Below, in pieces: positions 37,420-49,680 of a stretch of 64,000 nt of DNA (the stretch's first letter is position 1; every line of letters starts with the position of its first letter). Source of the stretch: Somniosus microcephalus (Eukaryota); NCBI GenBank assembly GCA_052327205.1, contig CM126208.1:109492001-109556000 (forward strand), written 5' to 3'. The translations under genes were made by a program, and so were the position numbers. The notes beneath the pieces are model-generated. The model was not told the origin of the DNA. It searched no databases and saw nothing but the letters and a program-made list of their open reading frames with translations.

Positions 37420-37882
37420 AGAAGAAGAACTTGCATTTAAATAGCACTTTTCACATCCTCAGAATGTTCTAAATTGCTTCACAACCAATTAAGTATTTTT
37501 GAATTGTAGCCATTGTTTTTTTTTGGCAAACATGGCAGCCAATTTGTGAACAGCAATATCCACAAAAAAGCAACAATATAAATGGCCAGGTAAGCTGTTT
37601 TTAATGCTGTTGGTTAAGGGATGAATGTTGGCCAGGACACTTGGAGCACTCCTCCTTCATCAAAATTAGTGCCATGTGATCTTTTACACCCACCTGAACA
37701 GGAAGATTGGACTTCAATTTAACATCTCATCCAAAAGATGGCACTTCTGACATTGCAGCACTCCTTCAGTACTACAATGAATTATCAGCCTCAATTGCAT
37801 GCTCAAGTCCTGGCGTGGCGCTCTGAACTCACAACTTTCTAACTTAAAGGCACAAGTACTACCAATGGACCAAGCAAACACT
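37420..37882 (-). mobile_element. Deu-domain SINE (SacSINE1-like), near full length
   Basis: Homologous to 4938-5356 and 22690-23072. Confidence 0.7.
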
Positions 37883-37899
37883 TAGTTTAGTTGAAGTTT

Positions 37900-38477
37900 T
37901 TTTTCCTGGGGTCTCTTATTACAATATAAAGTCCTGCTTTTACCAGCGTAAGAGTTTAAATGAATATAAAAATTGTTTTCAATCATTTAAACATTAAAAC
38001 ACCTGTAAAATAAGGTAAGGTTATTTTAGCCCCTTTAAAACATTTACATTTATTTTTCAAATTAAATTTTTGTTTTAAATGTTTAATTATATTGTATTTT
38101 AATTAATTTTAAATATGTAATTTTTATGTTAGTGTTTTTTATGTGATCCCCATAAGCATGAATGGGGACTCCCCTTCTTTCATTGGTTGGGCCGGATACG
38201 TGATCCCGGGGGTGCTTGCGAACCGCCTTGCCTGCTTTTATCAGGTGTAAGAATTTCACGGGCATTCGCTGGGCAGAAGTTGGGCAAATAGCGCAACTCT
38301 CCACCCCCCGGATGCCCTTTTCCTGGGGATGCGGATGATCTGTCAAGATTCTTGACAGATTGCCAGTTCCAGGTTTTTACGCATGCGCTTTGCGCGCGTA
38401 AACCCGGAACTTGCGCAGCCCTTACACACCGCGTACACACCTCGTATGCATCCGTAGGGCCGCAAAATACAGGCCAA
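37900..38477. mobile_element. Non-autonomous DNA transposon remnant (Harbinger-like end)
   Basis: CpG-rich block ending GGGCCGCAAAATACAGGCC preceded by an AT-rich segment. Confidence 0.5.
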
Positions 38478-40130
38478 TGAGATTTAATTCAATCCATTCA
38501 ATTTCAATAATTTTGATTTGACTATACAGTGGTTCCTGGGACAAGGCTATGCTTACAGACAACACCAGCAGTGTAAGGGTTTAACAGATTTCAAATGTTT
38601 CTTCAGGTTGGCAGAATATTGTCAGTGATCTTGATGGGACAGTGAATACCTGGGACAGGGTCACATATGGACAATAACACCAGTTTAGGGTTTAAACAGT
38701 TTTTCAGGGTTTGTAAAATGTTGCCAGTGATCTACTATGCTTAGAATATACAAAGCCTGCTCACTGGAACAGGAGGTGACATTTGATAAGAGGTTTAGCA
38801 ATCTTATCTTCTGCCAGCGTTTAATTTTATTTTTAATGGGGTGGAGTAGTTACTTTTCTGATTGTTTCCCAATTATCTCCACCCACCCTCACGTCCCAAG
38901 AACAAATTAAAACAAAGTATCGCATCGCTATTTGTAGAATGTTGCAGAATAGTTGCCGTCTTTGTCTATGAAGCACTTTAAAAAGTAATTATTTGTGTGA
39001 AGAGCTTTGAGATGTTTCAATATGATAAGATGCTATATAAATGCAAGTATCATGAGTATGACTTCGAGAACCCACAAGCCACAAATCCTTCACTCAGTGG
39101 TAATATGCTTTCTGATTCTCCAGTTCTCTGATTGTTCTAGTTTGTGTAGAATGTGAATAATTTTAGAATTTAAAATGCAGCTGATGGGCTGCAGGTGGCC
39201 AAAGGTCGTGTGACGCTATTGGCATTGCTTCTGAGTTCTTAAATAAAAGAAAATGGACCATGCTTTATCAGAGTCCACAAAGGATAGAAGTTGCTACATA
39301 TGGGACCTCCTCCAGAGACAACACTTTAAACCCACACTGGTAAATAGTTCTTGTCATTGAAAGTGTTTGGTAAATCACTCAACCAAGAATATTAATGAAT
39401 TATTAAAAGAAGCACATTGAGCTGTCACAAAGCATTTAAATTAGTTTGAGCTCAGGAGCAGAACACAGAAGAATGTTAGAGATTATCAGCTAAAATAATC
39501 AAAGACCAGTTTGTACTGGTGTCTTAAGGTTTAGTATCAGTGCAGCAAGATTCTCCCTGGTATATAGCACTGAAGATCCAGCGATAAACAAAACTGAAAA
39601 GGGACATTGAATAGAATTCAAAAACCATTCTACCTCACATTTTTCCTTTCATATTTGACCCCCCTGAGTTACAATCACATCATAGGGCAGATCTATTCAC
39701 AAAATACTTGAAAGACTGCCCTTCCCAACCAAAAATCCACAGGAGAGTTGAAACACCTGCTCTTGCCCCATACTCACAAATGTTTTGACAAATTTCTCCT
39801 CCCTCACCAGTTTTCATCTGTCCTCTTCTATTGATGAGATACGGGGATGGGAGAAAACTGGTCAGGAAAGAGACTTCTCAGTATGGTATAGTTGTATGAG
39901 CTCTGGTTGCCCTCCTGTACCTTGACAAAGTGACCATTAATCAAATGTGACAGTGAATGTTGGAAAACTATTCAATCATGGAGGGGGTGGCGGGGGGAGA
40001 GGTGAGATTGCATAGGAGAGATAAACTAGGAAATGATAGGTCTAATAGTCAGTTGTGGGGAAGTTACTAGAATCTGTTATTAGGGACAGAGTGACAGAGC
40101 ATTTGGACAAATGAGCTGATCAGAGAGAGC

Positions 40131-42406
40131 CATAGAAACATAGCAGATAGGAGCAGGAGAAGGCCATTCGGCCCCTCGAGCCTGTTCTGCCATTTAATGA
40201 GATCATGGCTGATCATCCAAATTCAGTACCCTGTCCCTGCTTTCTTCCCATATCCCTTGAACCCTTTAGCCTCAAGAAATATATCTAACTCCTTCTTGAA
40301 TATATTTAATGAATTGGCCTCAACTGCCTTTTGTGGTAGAGAATTACACAGGTTCACCACTCTCTGGGTGAAGAAATTCCTCCTCATCTCTGTCCTAAAT
40401 GGCTTACCTCTTATCTTTAGACTGTGACCTCTGATTCTGGATTCCCCCGCCATCGGGAACATCCTTCCTGCATCTAATCTGTCTAGTCCTGTTAGAATTT
40501 TATAAGTTTCAATGAGATCCACTCATTCTTCTAAACGCCAGCGAATATAAGCTCAATCGACCCAATCTCTCCTCATACGTCATTCCTGCCATCCCAGGTA
40601 TCAGTCTGGTGAATCTTCACCTACACACCCTCCATGGCAAGAACATCCTTCCTCAGATAAGGCGACCAAAACTGCACACAATACTCAAGGTGTGGTCTCA
40701 CCAAGGCCCTGAACAACTGCAGCAAGACATCCTTGCTCCTGTACTCAAATCCTCTCGCTATGAAGGCCAACATATCATTTGCCTTCTTAACTGCCTGCTG
40801 CACCTGCATGATTACCTTCAGTGACTGGTGCACAAGGACACCCAGATCTCATTGCACTTCCCCTTCTCCCAATCTATTGCCATTCAGATAATAATCTGCC
40901 TTCCTGTTTTTGCCACCAAAGTGGATAACCTCACATTTATCCACATTATACTGCATCTGCCATGCATCTGCCCAATCACCCAACCTGTCCAAATCATACC
41001 GGAGTTTCTCAGCATCCTCCTCATAGCACACATGCCCATCCAGCTTTGTGTCGTCTGCAAACTTGGAGATATTACATCTAGTTCCCTCGTCTAGTTCAGT
41101 AATATATATTACGAATAGCTGGGGCCCTAGCACCGATCCCTGTGGTACCCCACTAGTCACGGCCTGCCACTCGAAAAAGACCCATTTCTTCCAACTCTTT
41201 GCTTCCTGTCTGCCAACCAGTTCTCTATCCAAGTCAGTACCTTACCCCCAATCCCATGTGCTTTAACTTTACACGCTAATCTCTTATGTGGGACCTTATC
41301 GAAAGCCTTCTGAAAGTCCATATACACCACATCCACTGGTTCTCCCTTATCGATTCTACCAGTTACATCCTCAAAAAATTCCAGTAGATTAGTCAAGCAT
41401 GATTTACCTTTTGTAAAACCATGTTGACTTTTTCCGATCCCGTCACTGTTTTCCAAGTGCTCTGCTATTACATCTTTTATAATGGACTCTAGCATTTTCC
41501 CCACTACTGATGTCAGGCTTACCGGTCTGTAATTCCCCATTTTCTCTCTACCACCTTTTTTAAATAGTGGGGTTACATTAGCTATCCTCCAATCCATGGG
41601 AACTGTTCCAGAATCTATAGAGTTTTGGAAGATGACCAGCAATGCATCTACTATTTCTAGGGCCACTTCCTTAAGTACCCTAGGATATAGATTATCAGGT
41701 CCTGGGGATTTATCGGCCTTCAATCCCATCAATTTCCCTACAAATACTGATTTCATTCAATTCCTCCCTCTCATTAGACCCTATGTTCCCCAACATCTCT
41801 GGGAGGTATTTGTGTCCTTTGTGAAGACAGAACCAAAGTATGTATTTAATTGGCCTGCAATTTCTTTGTTCCCCATTATAAATTCCCCTGATTATGACTG
41901 CAAGGGACCTACGCTTGACTTCCCCAATCTTTTTCTCTTCACATATCTATAGAAGCTTTTACAGTCAGTTTTTATGCTCCCAGCAAGCTTACTCATACTC
42001 TATTTCCCCCCCTCTTAATTAATCCCTTTTCCCTCCTTTGCTGAATCCTAAACTGCTCCCAATCCTCAGGTTTGCTGCTTTTTCTGGCCAATTTATATGT
42101 CCTCTCCTTGGATCTTTTGCTATCCCTAATTTCCCTTGTTAGCCACGGTTGAGTCACCTTTGTTTTATTTTTATGCCAAACAGGGATGAACAAATTCTGT
42201 AGTTCATCTATGCAATCTTTAAATGTTTGCCATTGCCTATCCACCGTCAACCCTTTAAGTAACGTTCCCCAATCCGTCCTAGCCAACTTGCGCCTCATAC
42301 CATTGTAGTTTCCTTTATTTAAATTCAGGACCCTTGTCTCTGAGTCAACTACTTCACTCTCCATCTTAATGAAGAATTCTATCATATTAGGATCACTCTG
42401 CCCCAA
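40131..42406 (-). mobile_element. 5'-truncated CR1/HER1 LINE
   Basis: Broken ORF2 (41993-42406, 41157-41756, 40849-41232, 40621-40833, 40223-40522) and tail. Confidence 0.95.
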
Positions 42407-42419
42407 TTATCTATGTAAT

Positions 42420-43050
42420 TGTTGCCAGAGAATCACCTGCAATAGCTTCTCTTACTGCTCCTGCATCGTTACCTCTGGTGTCCCTCAATGATCTACCCTT
42501 GGCCTCCTCGTATTTCTCATCTAAATGCTGCCCCTCGACAACATCATCTGAAAACAATGCCAATTTCCACATGTAGCTGACGACACCCAGCTCTACCTCA
42601 CCACCACTTCTCTCGACCCCTTCACGGTCTCTGAATTGTCAGACTGGTTGTCCGACTGGATGAGCAGAAATTTCTTCCAATTAAGTATTGGGATGTCCAT
42701 GCCATTGTCTTCGGTCTCCACCACAAACTCCATTCCCTAGCCACCAAATCCATCCCTCTCCTTAGCAACTCTCTGAAGCTGAACCAGACTCTGAAATGAA
42801 CTTCTGACCACATATCCGCACCATAAATAAGACCACCTATTTCCACCTCTGAAATATTGCCCATCTCTGCCCCTGCCTCAGCTCATCTGCTACTGAAACC
42901 CTCCTCCATGCCTTTGTTATTTCTAGACTTGCCTATTCCAATGAACTCCTGGCTGGCCTCCCATGTTCTACCCTATGTAAACTCATCCAAAACTCGGCTG
43001 CCCATGTCCTGACTTTACCTAATCCGGATCACCCATTACCCCAGTGCCCT
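42420..43050 (+). mobile_element. L2-clade LINE RT fragment
   Basis: Decayed GVPQ.S.LG.L.F, ADDTQLYL, WMSRNF.QL, LIQNSAA motifs. Confidence 0.75.
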
Positions 43051-46000
43051 CCCCCCCCGGAAGCTCGGGGTCACACTTGTGGACTGAACAGAGGTGTTCC
43101 GCTAAGTGGTCACCCAATCTGCGTTTGATCTCCCCAATCATGAGGAGCAAATATAGTATACTAAATTGAAAGAAGTACAAGTAAATTGCTGTTTCACCTG
43201 GAAGTAGTGTTTGGGACCCTGGATGGTGGGAAGGGAGGGGTAAATGGGCAGGTGTTGCATCTCCTACGCTTGCACGGGAAGGTGCCATGGGATGGGGAGG
43301 GGTTGTTGGGAGTGATTGAGGAGTGGACCAGTGTGGCGGAGGGAACAGTCCCTTTGGAATGCTGAGGGGGGGGGGGGAAGATGTGTTTGGTGGTGGGATC
43401 TGCTGAAGGCAGCGGAAATGGTGGAGGATGATCCGTTGAATGAGGAGGCTGGTGGAGTGGAAGGCAAGGACAAGTGGAACTCTATCGTGGTTCTGGGAGG
43501 AAGGGGAAGGGGTGAGAGCAGAAGTGTGGGAAATGGAATGGACACGGTCGTGGGTCCTGTCAACTGTGGTAGAGGGGAATCCTCGGCTGAGGAAAATAGA
43601 AGACATGCTGGAAGCACTAGTATGGAAGGTGGCATCATCAGAATAGATGCAACGGAGAAGGAGAAACTGGGAGAATGGAATAGAATCCTTACAGGAAACA
43701 GGGTAGGAGGAAGTGTAGTCATGGTAGCTGTGGGAGTCAGTGAGCTTACAGTGGATGTTGGTCGATAGCCTATCCCCTGAAATGGAGACAGAGAAGTCGA
43801 GGAAAGGAAGGTAAGAGTTGGAGATGGACCATGTGAAGGTGAGGGAAGGGTGGAAATTGGAAGCAAAGTGACTGAAATTTTCCAGTTCAGGGCAAGAGCA
43901 GGAAACAGCTCGGTTAGAGTCAGAGTTAGAGCACAGAAAGAGGCCTTTCGGCCCATCGTGTCAGCATTGGCCAGCAAGCCCTGTCTATTCTAATCCAATT
44001 TTCCAGCACTTGGTCCGTAGCCTTGCATGCTGTGGCGTTTCAAGTGCTCATCTAAATGCTTCTTGAATGTTGAGGGTTCCTGCCTCTACCACCCTTTCAG
44101 GTAGTGAGTTCCAGATTCCAACCACCCTCTGGGTGAAAAAGTTTTCCCTCAAATCCCCTCTAAACCGCCTGCCCCTTATCTTGAAAATATGCCCCCTGGT
44201 TATTGACCCCTCTACTAAAGGGGAAAAGTTCCTTTCTATCTACCCTATCTATGCCCCTCATAATTTTGTACACCTCAATCAGGTCCCCCCTCAGCCTTCT
44301 CTGCTCTAAGGAAAAGAACCCCAGCCTGTCCAGTCTCTCTTCATAGCTGAAGCGCTCCAGCCCAGGTAACAGCCTGGTGAATCTCCTCTGCACCCTCTCC
44401 AATGCAATCACATCCTTCCTATAGTGTGGCAACCAGAACTGCACACAGAATTCCAGCTGTGGCCTAACTAACGTTTTGTACAGCTCCATCATAACCTCCC
44501 TGCTCTTATACTCTATGCCTCGGCTAATGAAGGCAAGTATCCCATATGCCTTCTTAACCACCTTATCTACCTGTCCTGCTGCCTCAGGGATCTATGTACA
44601 TGCACACCTAGGTCCCTCTGATCCTCCGTCCTTCCTAGGGTCCTACCATTCATTGTGTATTCCCTTGCCTTGTTAGTCCTCCCAAAATGCATCACCTCAC
44701 ACTTTTCAGGGTTAAATTCCATTTGCCACCGTTCCGCCCATCTGACCAACCCGTCTATATCGTCCCATAGCCTGAGGCTTCCCTCCTTGCTATTTACCAC
44801 TCCACCAATTTTCATGTCATCTGTGAACTTACTGATCATACCTCCTACATTCATATCTAAAATCATTAATGTACACTACAAACAGCAGAGGACCCAGCAC
44901 CGATCCCTGCGGTACACCACTGGACACAGGCTTCCAGTCACAAAAACAACCTTTGACCATCACCCGCTGCCTCCTGCCACTAAGCCAATTTTGGATCCAA
45001 TGTGCCAAGTTGCCCTGGATCCCATGGGCTTTTACCTTCTTGACCAGTCTCCCATGCAGGACATTGTCAAAAGCCTTACTGAAGTCCATGTAGATCACAT
45101 CAACTGCACTACCCTCATCCACACACCTAGTCACTCCCTCGAAAAATTCAATCAAATTGGTCAGACATGATCTCCCCCTGACAAAGCCATGCTGACTATC
45201 CTTGATTAATCCTTGCCTCTCCAAGTGGAGACTAATTCCTTCTCAGAATTTTTTCCAATAATTTCCCTACCACTGATGTTAGGCTCACTGGTCTGTAATT
45301 CCCTGATTTATCCCTACTACCCTTCTTGAATAATGGTACTACATTAGCACCTCCCCTGTGGCCAGAGAGATTCTGAAAACTTGTGTCAGAGCCCCTGTAA
45401 TCTCCTCCCTTGCCTCACACAGCAGCCTGGAATACATCTCATCAGGGCCTGGGGATATATCCACTTTTAAGCCCGCTAGTCCCTCCTCCCTCTCAATACT
45501 AATTTGTTCAAGTATATCACAATCCCCCTGCCTGAGTTCTATGCCTACATCATCCTTATCCATAGTGAACACAGATGCAAAATATTCATTTAAAACCTCA
45601 CCTACATCTTCTGGCTCTACACACAGATTGCCACTTTGGTCCCTAATGGGACCTACTCTTTCCCTGGTTATCCTCTTGCCCTTAATATACTTATAAAACA
45701 CCTTGGGATTTTCCTTTATTTTGCCCACCAGTGTTTTCATGCCCCCTCTTTGCTCTCCTAATTTCTTTTTTAAGTACCCCCCTGCACTTTCTATACTCCT
45801 CTAGGGCTTCCACTGTTTTTGGTCCTTTGTATCTGCCAAAAGCTTCCCTTTTTTTCCTAATCCATTCTCGTATATCCCTTGACATCCAGGGTTCCCTGGG
45901 CTTGTTGGTCCCACCCTTGACCTTTACGGGAACATGTTGCTGTTGTACTCTCTATTTCCCTTCTGAAAGACTCCCACTGCTCTGATGTGGATTTTCCTAC

Positions 46001-46140
46001 AAGTAGCTGATCCCAGTCCACTTTGGCCAGATCCTGCCTTATCATATTAAAATCAGCCTTCCCCCAATTTGGAACCTTTATTTCTGGTCCATCTTTGTCC
46101 TATTCCATGACTATCTTAAATCTCACCGAATTATGGTCAC

Positions 46141-46363
46141 TGACATAAGAAAACTACTAGGCACTTGGTCTAAGCGTTAAACAAAGCTTTAATCAACTGT
46201 TTTACAACATGGAGGTCTAGTTGGGTCCTTCACTAGTTCCTGTTAAGAATGTCCTGCGCATACTGGGCCCATGCCTGAGTATTTATACTCTCCCTGGACA
46301 GCGCCACCTGTAGGCCACTATTATTTCATAAGCCTTTCTTTCATGAATGACTGATTCATGTCA
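46141..46363 (-). mobile_element. Solo LTR (223 bp), same family as 1566-1793
   Basis: TGACAT...ATGTCA termini, TSD GTCAC (46136-46140, 46364-46368); reverse complement shares GAGTATAAATACTC, CAACTAGAC.TCCATGTT, GTTGATTAAAGC, ACCAAGTGC with 1566-1793. Confidence 0.88.
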
Positions 46364-46857
46364 GTCACTGTCACCAAAATGCTCTCCTACGAACACTTCT
46401 ACCACTTACCCGGCTACATTCCCTAGAATTAGGTCCAGTACCGCCCTCTCTCTTGTAGGAATTTCTACATGCTGGCTCAAAAAGCTCTCCTGGATGCACT
46501 TTAAGAATTCCACACCCTCTAAGCCTTTCACACTCTGACTATCCCAGTTAATATTGGGGAAGTTGAAATCCCCTACTATTATTACCCTATTATTTCTACA
46601 TTTCTGAGATTTGCCTACATATCTGTTCCTCTATCTCCCCCTGACTGTTTGGGGGCTGATTGTACACTCCCAGCAAAGTGCTTGCCCCCTTTTTGTTTTT
46701 AAGTTCTACCCATATGGCCTCATTAGAGGAACCTGCTAAGATATCATCCCTCCTTACAGCAGTAATTGACTCCTTGATTAATATTGCGGCTCCCCTTCCT
46801 TTTTTACACCCCCCCTCTGTCTCGCCTGAAAATTCTATACCCCAGAATATTGAGCTG

Positions 46858-48069
46858 TCAGTCCTGCTCCTCCCTCAACCATGCCTCTGTGATAGCAACA
46901 ATATCATACTCCCATGTGTTCATCAACACCTTCAATTCATCTGCCTTACTCGCAAGATTCCTTGCATTAAAATAAATGCCATCCAGCCTTGCCATACTCC
47001 CTTGTGCCATTACATATTTGCTCTGCCTTCCAGGCTGCCTTGTTTTTTCCTCTATATTTGGCTGTGCATCACCCCCTACTATAGCTCCACTCCGTATCCC
47101 ATCCCCCTGCCAAGTTAGTTTAAACCCCCCCCACACAGTACTAGCAAACCTCCCTGCAAGGATGTTGGTCCCGTTCCAGTTCAGGTGCAACCCGTCCGAC
47201 TTGTACAGGTCCCACCTTCCCCAGAAGCAGACCCAGTGATCCAGGAAACTAAAGCCCTCCCTCCTGCACCAATTCTTTAGCCACGCATTCATCTGCTCTA
47301 TCCTCCTATTCCTATACTCACTAGCACGTGGCACCGGGAGTAATCCAGAGATTAAAACCTTTTTGAGGTTCTGCTTTTTAACCTGCTACCTAGCTCTCTA
47401 AATTCCTGTTGCAGGACCTCATCCCTCTTTCTACCCATGTTGTTGGCACCAATGTGGACCACGACCTCTGACTGTTCGCCCTCCCCCTTCAGAATCACCT
47501 GCAGCCGTTCAGTGACATCCTTGACCCTGGCACCAGGGAGGCAACATACCATCCTGGAGTCACGTCTGTGGCCACAGAAACATCTATCTGTTCCCCTTAC
47601 GATAGAATCCCCGATCACTATTGCTCTCCCACTCTTTTTCCTCCCCTCCTGTGCAGCTGAGCCATCGTAGTGCCATGGACTTGGCTCTTGCTGCATTCCC
47701 CTGAGAAACCATCTCCCCCATCAGTATCCAAAATGGAAAATCTGTTGGAGGGGGAGATGGACCCAGGGGACTTCTGCACTACCTTCTGAGTTCTTTTACT
47801 CTATCTGGCAGTCACCCATTCCCTATCTGCCTGTGCACTCTTTACCTGCGGTGTGTGACCACCTTGTTAAACATGCTATCTACAAAGATCTCAGCTTCAC
47901 GGATGCTCCACAGTGACTCCAGTCGCAGCTCCAGCTCCAAAATGCGAATTTTGAGTAGCTGCAGCTGGACACACTTCCTGCACATGTGTTCACCCTGGAC
48001 ACCTAAAGTGTCCCTAACTTCCAACATAGCACAGGAGGAGCACTCCACGCTGCCGAGCTGCCCTGCCAT
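46858..48069 (-). pseudogene. CR1 ORF1: zinc finger/leucine zipper plus SGNH esterase
   Basis: CSSC...CRKC followed by L-rich heptads; AIVIGDSIVRG, HIGANN, DGLHLN esterase blocks; frameshifted. Confidence 0.88.
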
Positions 48070-48304
48070 GTCCTACCCTTAATTAAAGAATATTAAATAC
48101 ACTAGGGACCTTACTTCCCTTTAAACACTACTTACTCTAAACCAGAGACCTTACTTTTACTTTAAAGACTGTAATATAGAAATATTGTAGAAATACTCAC
48201 CACTGGTTCACTGTCCCTTCTTGTGCAGCTTTTTAGCTCCTGCTCTCCTGGAAGCTGACAAAGATGAAAAAAGAAAGGAACACCTCCCTCCCCAAACTCC
48301 CTCC

Positions 48305-49260
48305 GTCACAAAACTCACAGCTTAACACTCTGTTCCGAGCTGCACTCCATGACAAACTGCACTCTAGTCTCCCTTATTTATACTGCTGAGATTTAAATAA
48401 GTGAGCTCTCTGACAGTTACAGAACCAGATTAGACCAGTTAATTAATTCATTACTCTCACCTGCACAGAGCTTGCTTAGCCCTGCCCAAGCCTGAAGGAA
48501 ACTTAAAACTTGAAACCATAAATTTAAATTTAAGTTAAATGCTAATTGCAAGCGCACAAGACTAGATTTTATTTAAAAAAAAGAGAACTCACTCACTCAC
48601 TCGCCTTGCCTCGCCTCACCTCGCAGTTTAACACTCTGTTCTGAGCTGCACTCCGTGACAAACTGCACTCTAGCCTCCCTTATTTATACTGCTGAGATTT
48701 AAATAAGTGAGCTCTCTGACAGTTACAGAACCAGATTAGACCAGTTAATTAATTAATTACTCTCACCTGCTCACCAGCACAGAGCTTGCTTAGCCCTGCC
48801 CAAGCCTGAAAGAAACTTAAAACTTGAAACCATAAATTTAAATTTAAGTTAAATGCTAATTGCAAGCGCACAAGACTAGATTTTATTTAAAAAAAAGAGA
48901 ACTCACTCGCCTCGCCTCGCCTCGCCTCGCCGCTTAACACTCTGTTCTGAGCTGCACTCCATGACAAACTGCACTCTAGCCTCCCTTATTTATACTGCTG
49001 AGATTTAAATAAGTGAGCTCTCTGGCAGTTACAGAACCAGATTAGACCAGTTAATTAATTAATTACTCTCACCTGCTCTCCAGCACAGAGCTTGCTTAGC
49101 CCTGCCCAAGCGTGGAAGAAACTTAAAACTTGAAACAGTAAATTTAAATGCTAATTGCAAGCATACAAGACTAGAATTTATAAAAATAAGAGATTAACCT
49201 TTAAGATTTACTTCCTCACTCACCAAACTCGCAGCTTAACACTCTGTTCCGATCTGCACA
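48305..49260 (-). repeat. Tandem array of about 306-bp monomers (three plus a partial) forming the CR1 5' end
   Basis: TTAACACTCTGTT at 48322, 48628, 48934, 49236; TATTTATA at 48375, 48681, 48987. Confidence 0.95.
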
Positions 49261-49680
49261 CATCAGAAAAGGAGATGAGGAATGGGGACCTGAGTACGAC
49301 TGGAACAAAGAATGTTCCACATATCCCATGAAAAGACAAGCATAGCTAGGACCCATGTGGTTCCCATAGCAACACGCTTTATTTGGAAGAAGGGAGTAAA
49401 GTCAAAGGAGAAGTTGTTCAATTTGAGAACAACTTCAGCCAGGTGGAGGAGGGTGGTGGTGGATGGGGACTGATTGGGCCTCTGTTCAAGGAAGAAGCGG
49501 AGCATCCTCAGGCCATCCGGGATAGAGGTGCAGAGGGATTGGACGTCTATGGTGAAAAGGAGATGGTTAGGGCCAGGAAACTGGAAACTGTTAAAAGTGA
49601 CGGAGGGCGTTGGAAGAGTCGCGGATGCAGGTGGGAAGAAACTGGACAAGGGGAGATAAAAGAGTTGAGATAGGAAGAAA

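Larger units (their letters stand above)
43913..49260 (-). mobile_element. Apparently full-length CR1 LINE (5'UTR monomers, ORF1, ORF2, tail), decayed
   Basis: ORF1 and ORF2 remnants in order plus 5' repeats; flanked on both sides by colinear PLE sequence. Confidence 0.92.

Noticed and set aside
46296-46305. Full REST/NRSF (RE1) site
   Set aside because: Only the right half GGACAGCGCC is present; left half TTCAGCACC is absent
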